DNA from: Trichosphaerium sp. ATCC 40318
Lineage: Eukaryota > Protista > Tubulinea
DNA: 64,000 nt
Direction: 5' to 3'
NCBI GenBank assembly: GCA_038496445.1
Contig: JALMLS010000440.1
Span: 62,001-126,000 of the forward strand
Shown here piece by piece: positions 49,480-62,380 of this stretch; position 1 is the stretch's first letter, and every line of letters begins with the position of its first letter. The position numbers and the translations under genes are program-made. The notes under the pieces are model-generated. The model did no database searches. It was not told the origin of the DNA and worked only from the letters and a program-made list of their open reading frames with translations.

Positions 49480-50778
49480 TTGTAAACATAGAAACTTTTG
49501 TAAAGTATGACTGTCTCTACCACATTTAATTGTATGTAGTTTGTTTTTTAAAATATAATCTTTGCAATCAGATTCAAAGTGGGAGGAAAACACGTGTATA
49601 CAATATTTATATTCAATCTACTCAGAAATGCAAGTTTTTGGCGTAAGTTTAAAACAGCGTAATAAGATCACATTGGCAGTGCACAGAGGTCACAATTTAA
49701 TTAGTAGGTACTTTTTTCCATGACAACTTTGTCGTTGTCTTCCGCTTCTAATGGCACTATCAATCCAGTAACTCTTCCATTATTGTTATCTATCCAGTTC
49801 TATATATCACGTGATTACTGCATTTACTAAAAGGTTCAGGTTCTTTCTCATCATCTTTTTCCCTCTCAGAAAAATCGTCTTCGCTGTCATAGTAGTAATC
49901 CTCTTCATATCTAGTTTCCTTTTCATGAGTTTTTACTACCCATCCTAGTTTTTTTGTCCTTGACGATCTCCACCACTGCCTATTTTTATTACATTAGATA
50001 TTAATTGTTCATGTAGGTAAGATTAAACACTTTTCACTGTTTTTAAGGAATGACATTGTTCGATAAAGACTATGTCATTGAAAGTGAATACCTTGATCGG
50101 AGCCTTCTTTCCAATCACTAAAATCTCGGTGGTACTGATTTATGTTGTTCATTGCTTTATTACATTGCAAGTTTTTTTTTCCCTATGTCACAGGAACGTG
50201 GGTTTGCCATGAGTGCACTTGTAAAGTTTATCTGCACTGGTAGTAGCAAACTACCTGTTGTTGGTTTAAGCCTAAACTGGCAATATAGTTGGAAATTAAG
50301 GCTTGCAGCGATTGCTGAAAGGCCTAATAACAGAATGATGTTCAACGGAACACAGGAGAGTACGTCCTGGCCAAGAGTCTATGTGAACCACAGGCACTAT
50401 TTTTAGTATATCATGTGATTTCTCCCAATTAGCTAATCGTACTTCAGTTAAGGAGACTATTGGCAATGTCATACGGACACTACTATTGAGTTGATAACAT
50501 GTAAAAGGGTTGTCAGTCTTTCGTTATTTTAACTAAAAACTGCTAAAAATGAATAGAGAAAACTCCATTTTCACTGAATTTTTTCAATCGTTAGTTAAGT
50601 ATCTAAACATCAGGCCAGTTCAAACAAGTTTTCTATACAATGCTATGAAAGTTCAGTTTTCGTATGAACTTCAATATTTACGAGAATTTCTTTTTCAGCT
50701 CAATTACATAGCACTTAAACGCAGATACAATTAAGCTAACTCGTCAAACATTCCCAAATTACAACTCCGTTTGCAATA

Positions 50779-52899
50779 ATGAGTTCTTTTCGCAGGATAA
50801 TTATACTAGTAATACTACAAGTACTTGCCGTAGTAGTCATCGGTACCTAACTTAGTAATTTCTCACCACTACCTCCATGGAAGCATTAACACCCTTATTA
50901 GGTCAAGAACCAATCGAATGGCAAGACTTGCGTACTCTGGAAGGCGTTGAAGCATCCCTAAACCCTAGCGATCCTTCCGCTGAAGAAGGCTTCTTTACAC
51001 CGCTTGTTGCCTCAGGTGTTGTTAGTCCTCATGGGCCCACTGTGTGCTTCGCTAGCGAGATAAGAAGAAAGGCGGTATTAAAGCGCTCGAATGGAGCAAC
51101 CCAGCCTGAGGATATTTCTGTAATACTAGCACCTAGTACGAAAAAGTCGCTCAAAACTAATCGATTTTTGTTTCATATTTTTTTGAAAACCGAAAATGAA
51201 ATTCGCCCAAGTTATGAATTTTGTTTATGTTCGTGGTAGTGAGTGAGGTAAACCAACTGCACAATTTTTTTGTTATTATTTTTCACGTGTTTTTTTTGGG
51301 TTTTTGTTTGATTCATTCATTCTACTTGTGTTTATACTAACTCTTCTAGGTTCGCAAAACGTTACCTACAGGTTCAGATTCCGAGATTCTAATAATAATC
51401 GTATTGAGCCTGTTGGGCTAGTTTATGGTACAAACGAGTTTGCACTACTAGCATGTGACCCGAATTTTGGTCCAATGAAAAGAGGAACACCTTCTGCGCG
51501 ATGTGCAAGGCGTTTTTTCACCGCAAATTCAACTGTACTTTTTTCTTGTTTTCGTCTCCTTCTCCTTGAGTTAGAACCTCACTAATGTTGTTGTTTTAGG
51601 GTTTTGAAATGTCAGATGAATTAGCATTCCCTCAAGTCCCTGATTTTTATTTTGAAGATGGTTTCTCTTATGATCACTGTATGGAGTGCGTTTCTTTCTT
51701 TGGATTTTATTGTTCATATTTTCGCAATGTCTGAACATGTGTTATTGCATTGCAACTAACGGCTTTTTGTTATATAGCTACTAATACCTATATCATTAAT
51801 TACATTGATTACAACTTCAAATTGGTTTCTCTGTCAGTCGATGCAGTCACAAGAAACGTTACACTAAAAACTGGCAACTGTATTAGTTTTTTGGTTTTTT
51901 TTGTTCTGTGCTAATACAATTTTTCTTAGATACCAATAGTCCCACTTTTTCTGACATGACTGTTGGCAAAGGAGAGTGCTATGTGTCAGCTTTTAGAGCA
52001 AAAGGTAATTCAGGTAGTATTCAAGTTACAGCTATACAAAATGGGACAAGAGTAAGCTACATTCTTTTTTTGACTTTCCAACCACTACTAACAATTTCTC
52101 TAGTATGCTTTTGAACAATTTATTGTTAACGAAACCTCCTCAACACTTGATTCAATTTCTATTGTATACAACGAAAGGTTAGATCAATTCGGAGTCGTAT
52201 ATAGACAAGGAGTAGAAGCTAACGACCATGTAAAATCGGTGCTGTTTACACTAGCTTGTGAAGAGGGTTCTTTACCAATCGTCATCGCAAGCACTGACTA
52301 TAATATAACAACAGGAGTTCCTGTAATTACAGCCACGCCTTCTGCTGAAAGTGCTTTTCTCATAGCATGGCAATTAGAAGACAATTTTTACGTCGCTTCA
52401 TTGTCAAACTCAAGTGCATTCACTACAACAGCTATTCTTCCTGAAAATGACTTTATAGACAACACTGGAGTACAAATTTCATGGTTAGACTTATCAGATG
52501 TACGATCACAGCAAGGAATAACATGTGGTGTTGCTATTGTAAGATTTAACATTACCATCTTTACAGAGAATTTACTTCTTTTTAGATTGTAGTAGAAAGT
52601 GACAGATCTCAGTTCCTACGGGTTCTAACTCAACTGTTGCTTTTTATGTAACAACTGATGATACCACGTTTGTTATGTGTCAACAAGCACCATCAACAAT
52701 CCCACCTACCACAAGTGCACCTACTACAATCGCGCCAACTGTACCAACTACAAGTGCACCTACTATGCTTACGATGCCAATTACAAGTGCGCCAACGACA
52801 AGTGCGCCTACTATGCCTACTGCTCCAACAAGCTCAGGATTTCAATCAGTATGTAGCTTTGCTGTGTTTGTATGTTTCATTGTTATCTTCACGTTGTAA
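50779..52899 (+). CDS. secreted, probably GPI-anchored surface protein with TSAPT-rich stalk
   Basis: Signal peptide MSSFRRIIILVILQVLAVVVI; spliced exons; TSAPT repeats; C-terminal SSG + hydrophobic tail. Confidence 0.75.
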
Positions 52900-53805
52900 A
52901 CACAACTTGGAATAAATAGAGCATTCAATCGACAATCTTATTTTGAACTAAGCACAATTCATATTAATATGAGGAATGATAAACCGATAGACACCAGTTT
53001 AAAACTAGCACTCAGATTTGTTTGTTGTCAAGGCATCAACAACAGCAGCAGTGGATTGGACTCGGATTTACAGCAAAATTGTTTAGTGGTTATCTACAAT
53101 TACAGCGTGCTTTGATGGATCATCTTCAATGATATACAGAGTGATGCCATAAGTACAATCAGCTCATGAAAAAATCCAGTTTCTGACAGATCCGTATTTT
53201 CAAAGGGCGTGTGAGTGTACAATTATCGTTATTTACAGTTGTTGTAGCTTGGTCCAGGGAGAAGGTAAACAAAGTTGTGCTAATGTTGGTATTCCATATG
53301 TCATCGCCGGCACTGTGTAGGCATTAGGGTTGGTGGTAGAGTTGTTAATGTTATTGAAACAGATGGAGCGTTTGGTTTTGTGATGTTGTAAGAAGTGTCG
53401 GTCTACTACAAATACATATGGATTCTTGTTTCTACCCCGAGAATGTTATGTGATGTTTGTGAAACTGAGGTGGTATCAGTAAGGGTAAACGGAGATAGAG
53501 CTGTGAATGTTGTGCTCCAGATGGAAGTAGAGAGCACCTCAAAAGTTATTGAACTAGTATGTGTTGAGTGCCAACACTAAGGCCAGTTGTGAATGGGAAT
53601 AAAAGGTTTATTGCAACATTTGACACATATTGAGAGCATAAATGGAATTTTAAGTGAATCTGTAGTGAGTTGTGGCTTAGCTTGTCATAACATTACCGTA
53701 CAGTAGCTCACTGCTGAATAAGAGTAATAATACAACATACAAAAGGGTAATGGAGTTGTAAGGCGAAGTGAAAGTTGTATTGATACTTACAATGATTAAT
53801 AGGAG

Positions 53806-54793
53806 ATGAGCTCTTCAAAATCGCAGTCTTGTTACTTGTTAAACCTTCCAGTAGAGCTTCAGCTTGATATCATTGACTTGGACATTAAAGTGTACATACA
53901 ATGGCCAATCCTTTGTAAACAGTCAGCAATGAGCACAAGGTTTGATGACAAGCTTGATAAACACGGAAAGTGGATCCGGATACTTCATCAAGCTGAAGAG
54001 AAATTCACTAAAACGGTAATTCCAAACCTAACCCTATTTTTTTTTTATCTACACACTCAATACCACAGCAACAATTGTTGCCAATGTTGAAAAAAAAAAG
54101 AGAACACGTGTTCACACTCTGTTGGTGCTACAGTTTTTGGAACCCTTTTTAAAAACAGTAATTTATCTCTTTATTGTTTTGATTTTTATTCAAACCACCA
54201 CTTATCCTGTGTTTTAGTGTGAATGTCATTGGGTACATGGTATTAAAGAGGGTCAATATAAAGAGTGGCATAAAAATGGTCAATTGAGATATGACTATTA
54301 TTACCTCAATGGTGATATTAATGGAGCATACAAGACGTTTCACAACAATGGCCAATTAGATGAATCTTGCCACTACATCAATATTAACGGTAAACCAAAA
54401 CTACAAGGGGAACGCAAAAGCTGGTATCCAAGTGGTAAAATGTACAAACAATCAAACTACATTAATGGTAACCGTGAGGGAGAGTTGAAACACTGGTATA
54501 GATTTGGTCTGCTTTACGAGCAATGTCAATTTGCCAATGACAAACTTAATGGAGAGAAGAAGTCTTGGCACATGAACGGACAACTATTACGCAAGTGCCA
54601 TTATGCTAATGGTAAACGAGAAGGAGAGTACAGAGAGTGGTATAATAATGGGCAATTAAAGAAGGTGTGCCAATATGTCAATGATAAACAAGAAGGAGAG
54701 TACACTAGTTGGTATGAAAACGGAAAATTGTACGAAAAGTGCATGTATGTCAATGATAAACGAGAAGGAGAGTATGCTAGTTGGTTTGTATGA
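53806..54793 (+). CDS. F-box-like + MORN-variant repeat protein (one intron, 54016-54217)
   Basis: MSSSKSQSCYLLNLPVELQLDIIDLDIKVYIQWPILCKQ..TRFD..KHGKW; phase-0 GT..AG intron joins in frame to about 8 repeats; last repeat decays. Confidence 0.85.
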
Positions 54794-55052
54794 AAAACTA
54801 TAAATGTGCCAATGATAAATGAGAAGAACGCAGAAATAACATTTGAATTGTAACTAAAGCTATATTATGTGTCTACCGAATGGAGGTAGTCTACACTTAC
54901 TTTGACTTGAATTCAGTTGTTTTTGAGTGTCAACTCTAGCAAGTTCCCTTTGAAGCTGTGTTGATACTTTTATCTGTTTCATTGAAAGCACGTGATAAAA
55001 AAAGTCAATAAGTTTAAATCTAGAGGCCCAAAGTTTAGTATACTTTACGCTG

Positions 55053-58000
55053 ATGGAAGACGTCCCAATTCCCAATGGAGGATGTAAGGACCGAAGTGGG
55101 AGGAAAGAGAAAAAACGTACTGGTTGGACAAGAAGGCAGCTATTAACATTTTTCAAGGAAGATGTTCTCGAAAAGACACCAAAGAAGGCTAAAATAGTAT
55201 CAAGCGCACCTATACTGACTGAAGAGACGTTGGCGGGGGTTTTTAGCATATTCCTACCTGATGAGATTGTATTGATGATAGTTCGCCAATTGACGCCGGC
55301 ACAACGTAATGGCGCGTCATTTGTATCTGTACGCCAAGTTCCGTAGTGGTTTAGCACAAAAACAGTGATATTACCTCTAAACTCTTCCTAAGCGTCAATG
55401 GCACTACGTGTGTAACGATCAGACCCTCAGCTGGATAGTTATATCTAAACGCATCGTAAACGTTGAAAGCCAATCTGTAGAGTCGGGGTTCTATTCGTCC
55501 AGGTACTACATACATAATGTCGCTGGTGTAGAAGTGGAAGCACGCGCTCTATTAATGAAACAAGAAGAAAAGTCACTTGAGAACTTTGAAGCCAAGTTAC
55601 CAAAAGAAGGACATAATAATTTATGGCTTGTTAAATCAAATCTTCATGACGGAACAAATACTCGTACATACTGGGGTTTCGAAGACGCAAAAAAGTATGA
55701 TATGAGAGTACTTGTTAACAGTGGATCACTTGAGTCTTGTCTGAACAAGGGAACTGATTTGGACCCAACTTGGTACCACCTTTTTTTTTCTTCAAACTTT
55801 CCGGGAACTTCTCTTCAACCAAACAAAATTCACGTGCCATCCACTTAAATATTTCCACTTGCTATAAAACACATAGAAATTTTCTAATTTGCCTCTTTTC
55901 ATGCCCTTCAGATGTTGTAAGCAAAGAAACTTGCTTGTCTGTCGAAATTCTTGTATACAGAAACTTGGGCAAGTATTTACTTTTCTTTGTTTGGTTAGGT
56001 CAAAGCCACTATTTGATAGGATTACTACAGATTCCAAGGCATTGTTTGAGCGTAATATGAGTGATTTACTAGAAGGTATTGGTGTACGAGCTATATTTCC
56101 TGAGGTAAGTATATTTTCGGGTACAAGTTTTTTAATCATGTGTTTGTAGGACATACCTTCTAAGGTTATGGCCCAACCTGACACTATTTCTATAAAACTA
56201 TACAACTATCAAAGAAAAGCTGTAACCTGGGCCATCGCAATGGAAGACAGAATCACAAATGAAGGACTTGGTACACGTTCTTCTTTTTTTCTTCAAATTA
56301 TTTGCTGTAGCAAAAAAATGTGCTGACCCTTTTATTATGAAATCCCTTATTGTTCATTAATACCATGGGTAAGAGGTAATCCTGGTGTAATGTTAGATGG
56401 AGCAAAAAACAGGCTTGTAACAACTCCTGATGACGCAATACACAAACATACAATTCCTGTTCACGGCGGTATGTGCAGAATCACAGCATTGTCTGTTGAG
56501 TTGATTTAACATTTACAAACAACTGTTGTATTCGTAAGCCCTCACACTGTTCAGCTATCCTTGCAGATGAAATGGGACTCGGGAAGACAATAGAAAGTAC
56601 GTTGTACTTTGTAAGAGGTTTAAGTAATTAGTGTATTGATACCTTTTCTATAGTTTTATCTCTGATTGCAGAGAGGCGAAAGACCTTAGAAGATGATGTA
56701 CGACTTGTGAATTATATCGAAGGAGAAGATGACCATATTGTTTCAAAAGCAACTTTAGGTAAAAGCTTGTTTGGAAAAGGAAAAAAGTCATTTTTTGTAT
56801 AGTTCTTTGTCCGACACATCTCTGTAAACAATGGAGGGGAGAGCTTGAAACACATATTAAAGATGATTTAAATATAATCACATGCACACAGCTAACCCAT
56901 ATCAAAAAATTGACGTACAGAGACATAAGAAATGCTGGTCAGTGTGCTTTGTGTTTTTGAAATATTTCTAACTGTTTTTCGCCTTCAGATGTGGTTATCT
57001 TTTCTCACTCACTCCTTGCAAACAAACGGTATAGAGGAAAGAAAAGTCAAAAGCGCTCGGTACACTCACAAAGAACTAGTTAGTCATTCAGTAGCTTAAC
57101 AAGCCTTGTTTTAGAGTGTCTATAATTTGAAGAAAAAAGATTTTATGGACTCAAAGTTCCCAAATATCTTTGCAGTACTGTGGCACCGCATTATAATAGA
57201 TGAAGGACATGAGATTATTGGTGACCGTACCATTCAAAGTAAGCGTTTTAAATACTTACATATCCACTAAATACTAATACTCAAAATAGCTGGTGTTGGA
57301 AAATTAAAAGCATCAATGAAATGGTACTAGAATAACTTTCTTCATCTTTACCTTTTGTGTACTTTGTTACCTAAGAAAGTACCTTATGATAAATGGTAGG
57401 TATGTCACTGGAACACCATTGCCTAGTCTGTACGTATTAGATTGTTTTAATCCTTGACACGTTGCTTACTTTTTTACAATAGGGACGTTTTGATTGGAGT
57501 TTGTTGGTTCTTATATGGCACATCATCTGATCCGTTATTTTCTTGGAGCGCAAAGATAGACGATGATGTACCAAGAACCCAACATAACTACTACACTATG
57601 TACGTTAAAGAAATCAATCCTTCATCCGAGTCAGTTGATCAACCTGTAATGTTGCTACAATAGTTTTGTTTTTTGACAAATGGCTAAACAACTTACTGGG
57701 TTTGTTTTAGATGGGCACTTGGTGATCTAATGATAAAGAATTTTATGTGGAAAAGTACTAAACTATCAGTTGCCAAGGAAGTGCGTGACATAGGCTTATT
57801 GACGTCATTATTGTTTCTCATTTAGCAAACATCTAATCTCATTTTGACTATTTGCGGCTTGTTCTCATTTCTATCGTTAGTTTGATATTCCTCCATACGT
57901 AGAGGAAGTAAAGATGATTGACTTTCATAAAGTTGAACAGATTAACTATGTTTTTAAAAGATTTAAGCACGCTGGTAGAGGTACACTAAGGAAAATTGGT

Positions 58001-59751
58001 CTTTTCTTTTTGTATACTTTGTTAAGACAACTTTCTCTGAAACCACAACAACTAACTTGTTTTAACTTTAAGAGGAAACATTATCTGCACTTTGTTCTAT
58101 GCAAATTACCAGTTGTAAACATGAAAAAGAGAACTTGGAAATAACACGACAGAAGCTTATTAGAGGCGCAAATGTTAGTGATCAACATTTTTTTCTTATT
58201 TTTTTCTTGATGTATTATTTGGTAAGGTAACATTAATGTCTTAGAGCCACCTCAGTGCATTGAAGAATAGCTTATCACAAAAGAAAGAATCGCTTGTCAA
58301 AATACAAGAGGCCCTAAAGATGGTACGTTTCAACAGATAGAGATAACGAGTTGTAAGAAGCTGTGTCTTTACCAGTTTTTTTCCTTTCTTAGCGCTAGCA
58401 CTTATACTATTTGTGTAGCTTGAAGCTGAATCAACTCCATTCATGTACTGGATTGAAAGTAATAAAAAAAAGGCAAAGCTATTAAAAGCTGAAATACCGT
58501 ACCTTGAGAGAACTATTCCAATCTTCGAAAAGTTTATCTTGGCTAATGTTAAGCCACTAGTAAGTTGTATTTTTTTTTGGTTTCCAGTTTTCTTCAATGA
58601 CTGTTTACTAATACACAAACCTCTTTAGAAGGCCTTGGATATATCCTGTATTAAACAAAAGGCTTTGCCTTTATATGATATTGATCCATTAGAGTCTCCA
58701 ATTGACAAAGTGAAAGAAGCACTTACTTTTAGATTCATCTCTTTTGATAGTGATAAAGACGCACGAGATAAACTTGCTAAAATTATTGAGCAGGAGGACT
58801 CATTCAGAAGAGTACATAAACCTGTTTGGCTGTATATTGTTTGCTGTACCTAATATTATCTTGTAGAATAAGTCAATGCCTACAACTGGGTTCAAAGACT
58901 TAACCTTGGAGGAAGCTATAGTGATTTACGGCACAAAGTTGGGTCATATTTTATATTTCATGGTTGATCTATTCCGTCGTGAACCTGATGTTCATGTTAT
59001 CATTTTTTCAAAGTATAGTAAAGTACTATCACAGGTTTCACGCCTTTTGTTTGAGAATGGCATTCTAGCAACAAAAATAGCCGGGTATGGAAAAAAATTA
59101 CAGGTTTTTTATTACTTTGGCTTTGTGGCTTATCTGCTTTTTAGAACTGCTAAGCAAAAGAATCAAGCGATTGAAGAGTTTCGCAATGGTATTTTCAAGG
59201 TACTTTTGCTATCCTCCGAAACTGCAGCAAGTGGTATAAACCTTATTGAAGCCGAATATGTTGTGCTTATTGGTAAGTTTTTTGCACACAACTTTTTTAC
59301 TTATACGTTTCAGATCCCGTATCTGGTTCAAAAACTGAAGCCGAAGCCACTGAAGGTCAAGCTATTAGTCGTGCTTATAGGTACATAGTTTATTTCCCTA
59401 CACTTTAAACTGGTTTCTTACAAATTCCTTTTCTTTCTTAGAATCGGGCAAGAAAAACAAGTGATTGTTGTTAAGTTTATTGTTCGTAATACAATTGAAC
59501 ACGACAAACATAAGGTCCACATGTCTAATGTCAAAGTAAAGAAAAAGCGTGGTAGTGTGTTCACTGTAAAAGGAAAGAAAAAGAGACCTCGTCTCATCAG
59601 GTACTTTAAAAATAAGTATTTGCAAAAAACTGTTAAGTACTCTCCATTGACAAGGTTTATTTATAGGACCAATAGTATTGGTACAATGATAGTGAATAAC
59701 CCTAAACTTAAGCGTACACCATCTAAGCTGCTCTCATTGATAGGCTCATGA
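55053..59751 (+). CDS. F-box + SNF2-family (Rad5/Rad16-like) helicase
   Basis: F-box LPDEIVLMIVRQL; LYNYQRKAVTW, ILADEMGLGKT, LCPTHLCKQW, WHRIIIDEGH, VTGTP, VIIFS, SGINLIEA, EGQAISRAYRIGQ. Confidence 0.9.
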
Positions 59752-60010
59752 AGCGAAAAGAACCAAACAAACAAAGAATGTCTTGTCGCAGAAATAAGTG
59801 CTTCGTTTCTTTCTTAATAAGCCCTGTAATCAGTGCCTTCATCAGAGCACTTACCATCAATATAAAAGCGCCATTCTATCTTTGTATTGTCAATACCTTT
59901 CTCGTTCTTTGTGGTACAGTACTATTGACAACACAGCAGTCAAGAACAAAAACACTTGAGTGAAGCAAAACAAGTAGTAAACGATTTGGTTTATTAATAA
60001 CGTAAGCTCA

Positions 60011-61007
60011 CTAATCACTTGCTTTATCGACACCATCAGCTCCCATTGAAACTCCTACGGCTTGTCCGAGCGCAGCAATAAACCAGAACATGGTGAACAC
60101 CCAAGCTACAGACAAGTTAAAAAAAACATGAACAAGCTAAAGTCGTACCTGTTTTGGATACTTTAGTAAAGTCATCTTTACTATCATCGTCAAGAGAACC
60201 AGAAAGAACTTGAAGGGTAGCAAATGTAAAGTAAAGGAAGAACACTAGCAAGGCATAGTACTACAAAAAGTTAAAAAAAAGATATCGCGATAATTAAGAA
60301 AACCAGAATGTCAGAAAAACACCGCTACAATCACGTGATAGGCAAAAAATTGTTCTAAAACATTGATAGCCAAATATGACGTTAAATGACAATATACGAA
60401 AAAAAAAAAAGTCGGCAACAGTGGTAACAACATGATAGGTCACCCTAGTTGTTTATACAAATACCCTTTCACCCACGTGGGTTTTTGCATGGTGCAGGTT
60501 TTTGTTTTCTTTGTTTACGTACGATAGTGGTGAAAGTTTTTGATGCTAGAGATGTAATGAAGCACATTAGGATACCGAACACGCCTACATACGACTGTCA
60601 GGTAATTTCTTAATGTTGTGGGTACTTTCTGAGTTCCTTACCTAAAGCAATGCCGCCAACTGTCATAAATAAACCAAAACCGGCGTCTTTGTCTCCTGCA
60701 TTTTGATTAGACGCCTCTGTCGAGCAATCGACTGTGCTTCCGCAAACGCCATCTGTTAATGCACCAATAAGACCCATTAACAAGACGCTGAACACCTAAA
60801 ACCGCGAATCAGAATAAGAAAAATTGTGAAAAAAGGCAGTTTTTTTTTCTCGTTTTTTTTGGTCTTATTAGGCCGCTATCACGTGGTACACGCGTCGAAA
60901 CGGCAAAGAATTTTGCGTAACGATTTTATGGATATTTCAGTAACAATTTCGTTACGTACTATCAGAAGAATAGAGAAGGTAAGAGTAAGTATTTGGCCTA
61001 AGTTCAT
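60011..61007 (-). CDS. small multi-pass (about 4 TM) membrane protein
   Basis: Spliced hydrophobic exons MNLGQILTLTFSILLI / VFSVLLMGLIG..GFGLFMTVGGIAL / CLLVFFLYFTF / AWVFTMFWFIAALG. Confidence 0.65.
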
Positions 61008-61469
61008 CGTTTATTGTTGCCGAAGTTTGTGTCCAAAAAAAAATATGAAATTATGCTTTTTTGATTTACGGCTTAATGTCTCCTTTTAGGCTAATGGGCC
61101 GCCCCATTTAATAACATTGCTCATAATGTTAGATACGCTAGTAAGCTAAACAGCATTCGGCAATGTACAGGGGTGTGGTGCGTACACCAAGAATACTTAA
61201 GGTATTAGCCCAAAAAGAAGGTGTCAAGAGGAAAATAGTAACTAAGAGTTCTTGTTTACGTAATGAGTTTAGAACAATATTAGTTGTTTCATGCTCGTAT
61301 AAGCACCCAAAGAAGGTAAAAGTTTTTTTCTAGAGGCCGGTATTTTGAACATAATTTAATTGAATGGATGGATATATGATTCACAACATTAATATATCTT
61401 CGATCAAAAGATATTGTATTTACTTGTCTATAAGGCCTGTAAGTAGATTTCTGGAACTGGTTAGACTCT

Positions 61470-61850
61470 AAAAGTTATACAAAGTCGTCGGCATAGTGTA
61501 AATTAACATGTAAACGCCAAAGCCTTTTTGGAATGTCAATACACCATTCCTTTTTGTCGTTAACCATTTTAAGCTGCCTCTCTGTGAGCTTCAAGGTTAC
61601 TGTAGTATCTTTAAACAGCATTGTACCACTTGTATACCACCTACAACTTTGTGTCTACCAGGTCACCCAAACGTGGCTTTGTTCTGTCATCGTCGCCTCG
61701 TATGATACCAATAAACAGGCAATCTCTTGTGCCATTTATCTTGAGCGTCCATGTGGTACTTTCGAAACAATTAGATCCAAACCCAGCACAATATCCAGCC
61801 TTCATAAGCTTTTGAACAAGAGTTGGTTCAACTGAAATTTCGCCTAGTGT
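61470..61850 (-). pseudogene. partial tandem duplicate of the C-terminal domain of the 62381-63304 gene
   Basis: GEISVEPTLVQK..YCAGFGSNCFESTTWTLKINGTRD and LTERQLKMV..IDIPK..WRLHVNL align to the neighbour; stops and frameshift. Confidence 0.85.
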
Positions 61851-62380
61851 GTACCTGGTAGGTTTTGACATTAAGACGTTGACAGGTAAGGAGTTGACGT
61901 CTGCAGTATGCGAGGTAAGAGTATCATCAAGTATAATTAGGCCCGTAAGTACATGGTGTACTTACAACATTTGTTAGTCATTGTACGACGTGATTACACC
62001 AGTATATTGTATGTTAATGCAGTTTTAGATGTCATTTTTGAAAGATGCTACGTGTATTTAAGATAGAGCGAGATAAAAAGTCATGCAAAATCTCTACCTT
62101 GCTTTTTTTTTTAAAGTTCTCTTTTGTTACTAACAATATGTGTAGATTGGGAGCTTTGAAATGTTGTCTGATCAAGAATGCATTTACTTATTGTACTCAA
62201 TCTAATGAGCCAGATACTTTATCTATACCTAAAGATAAACAGATGTACTGAGGTGGAGAGTATGTGAAATGTAACTTAAATTGGATTTAAAAAGGTACAA
62301 ATTTATTTATAAACAGGTAAAGATGAATCCAATATGGTGTCTACTTGTTGTTCAACATAGACATAGATGTTATAAGCTTG

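Noticed and set aside
49620-50500. Possible minus-strand gene with acidic tract
   Set aside because: Could not build a consistent spliced frame
53000-53760. Ser/Thr-rich minus-strand secreted-protein remnant
   Set aside because: Frameshifted fragments only; too weak to call
7036-54793. Bacterial YwqK-type antitoxins / bacterial contamination
   Set aside because: Copies are interspersed with intron-rich genes, two carry spliceosomal introns, and no cognate toxin or operon is present
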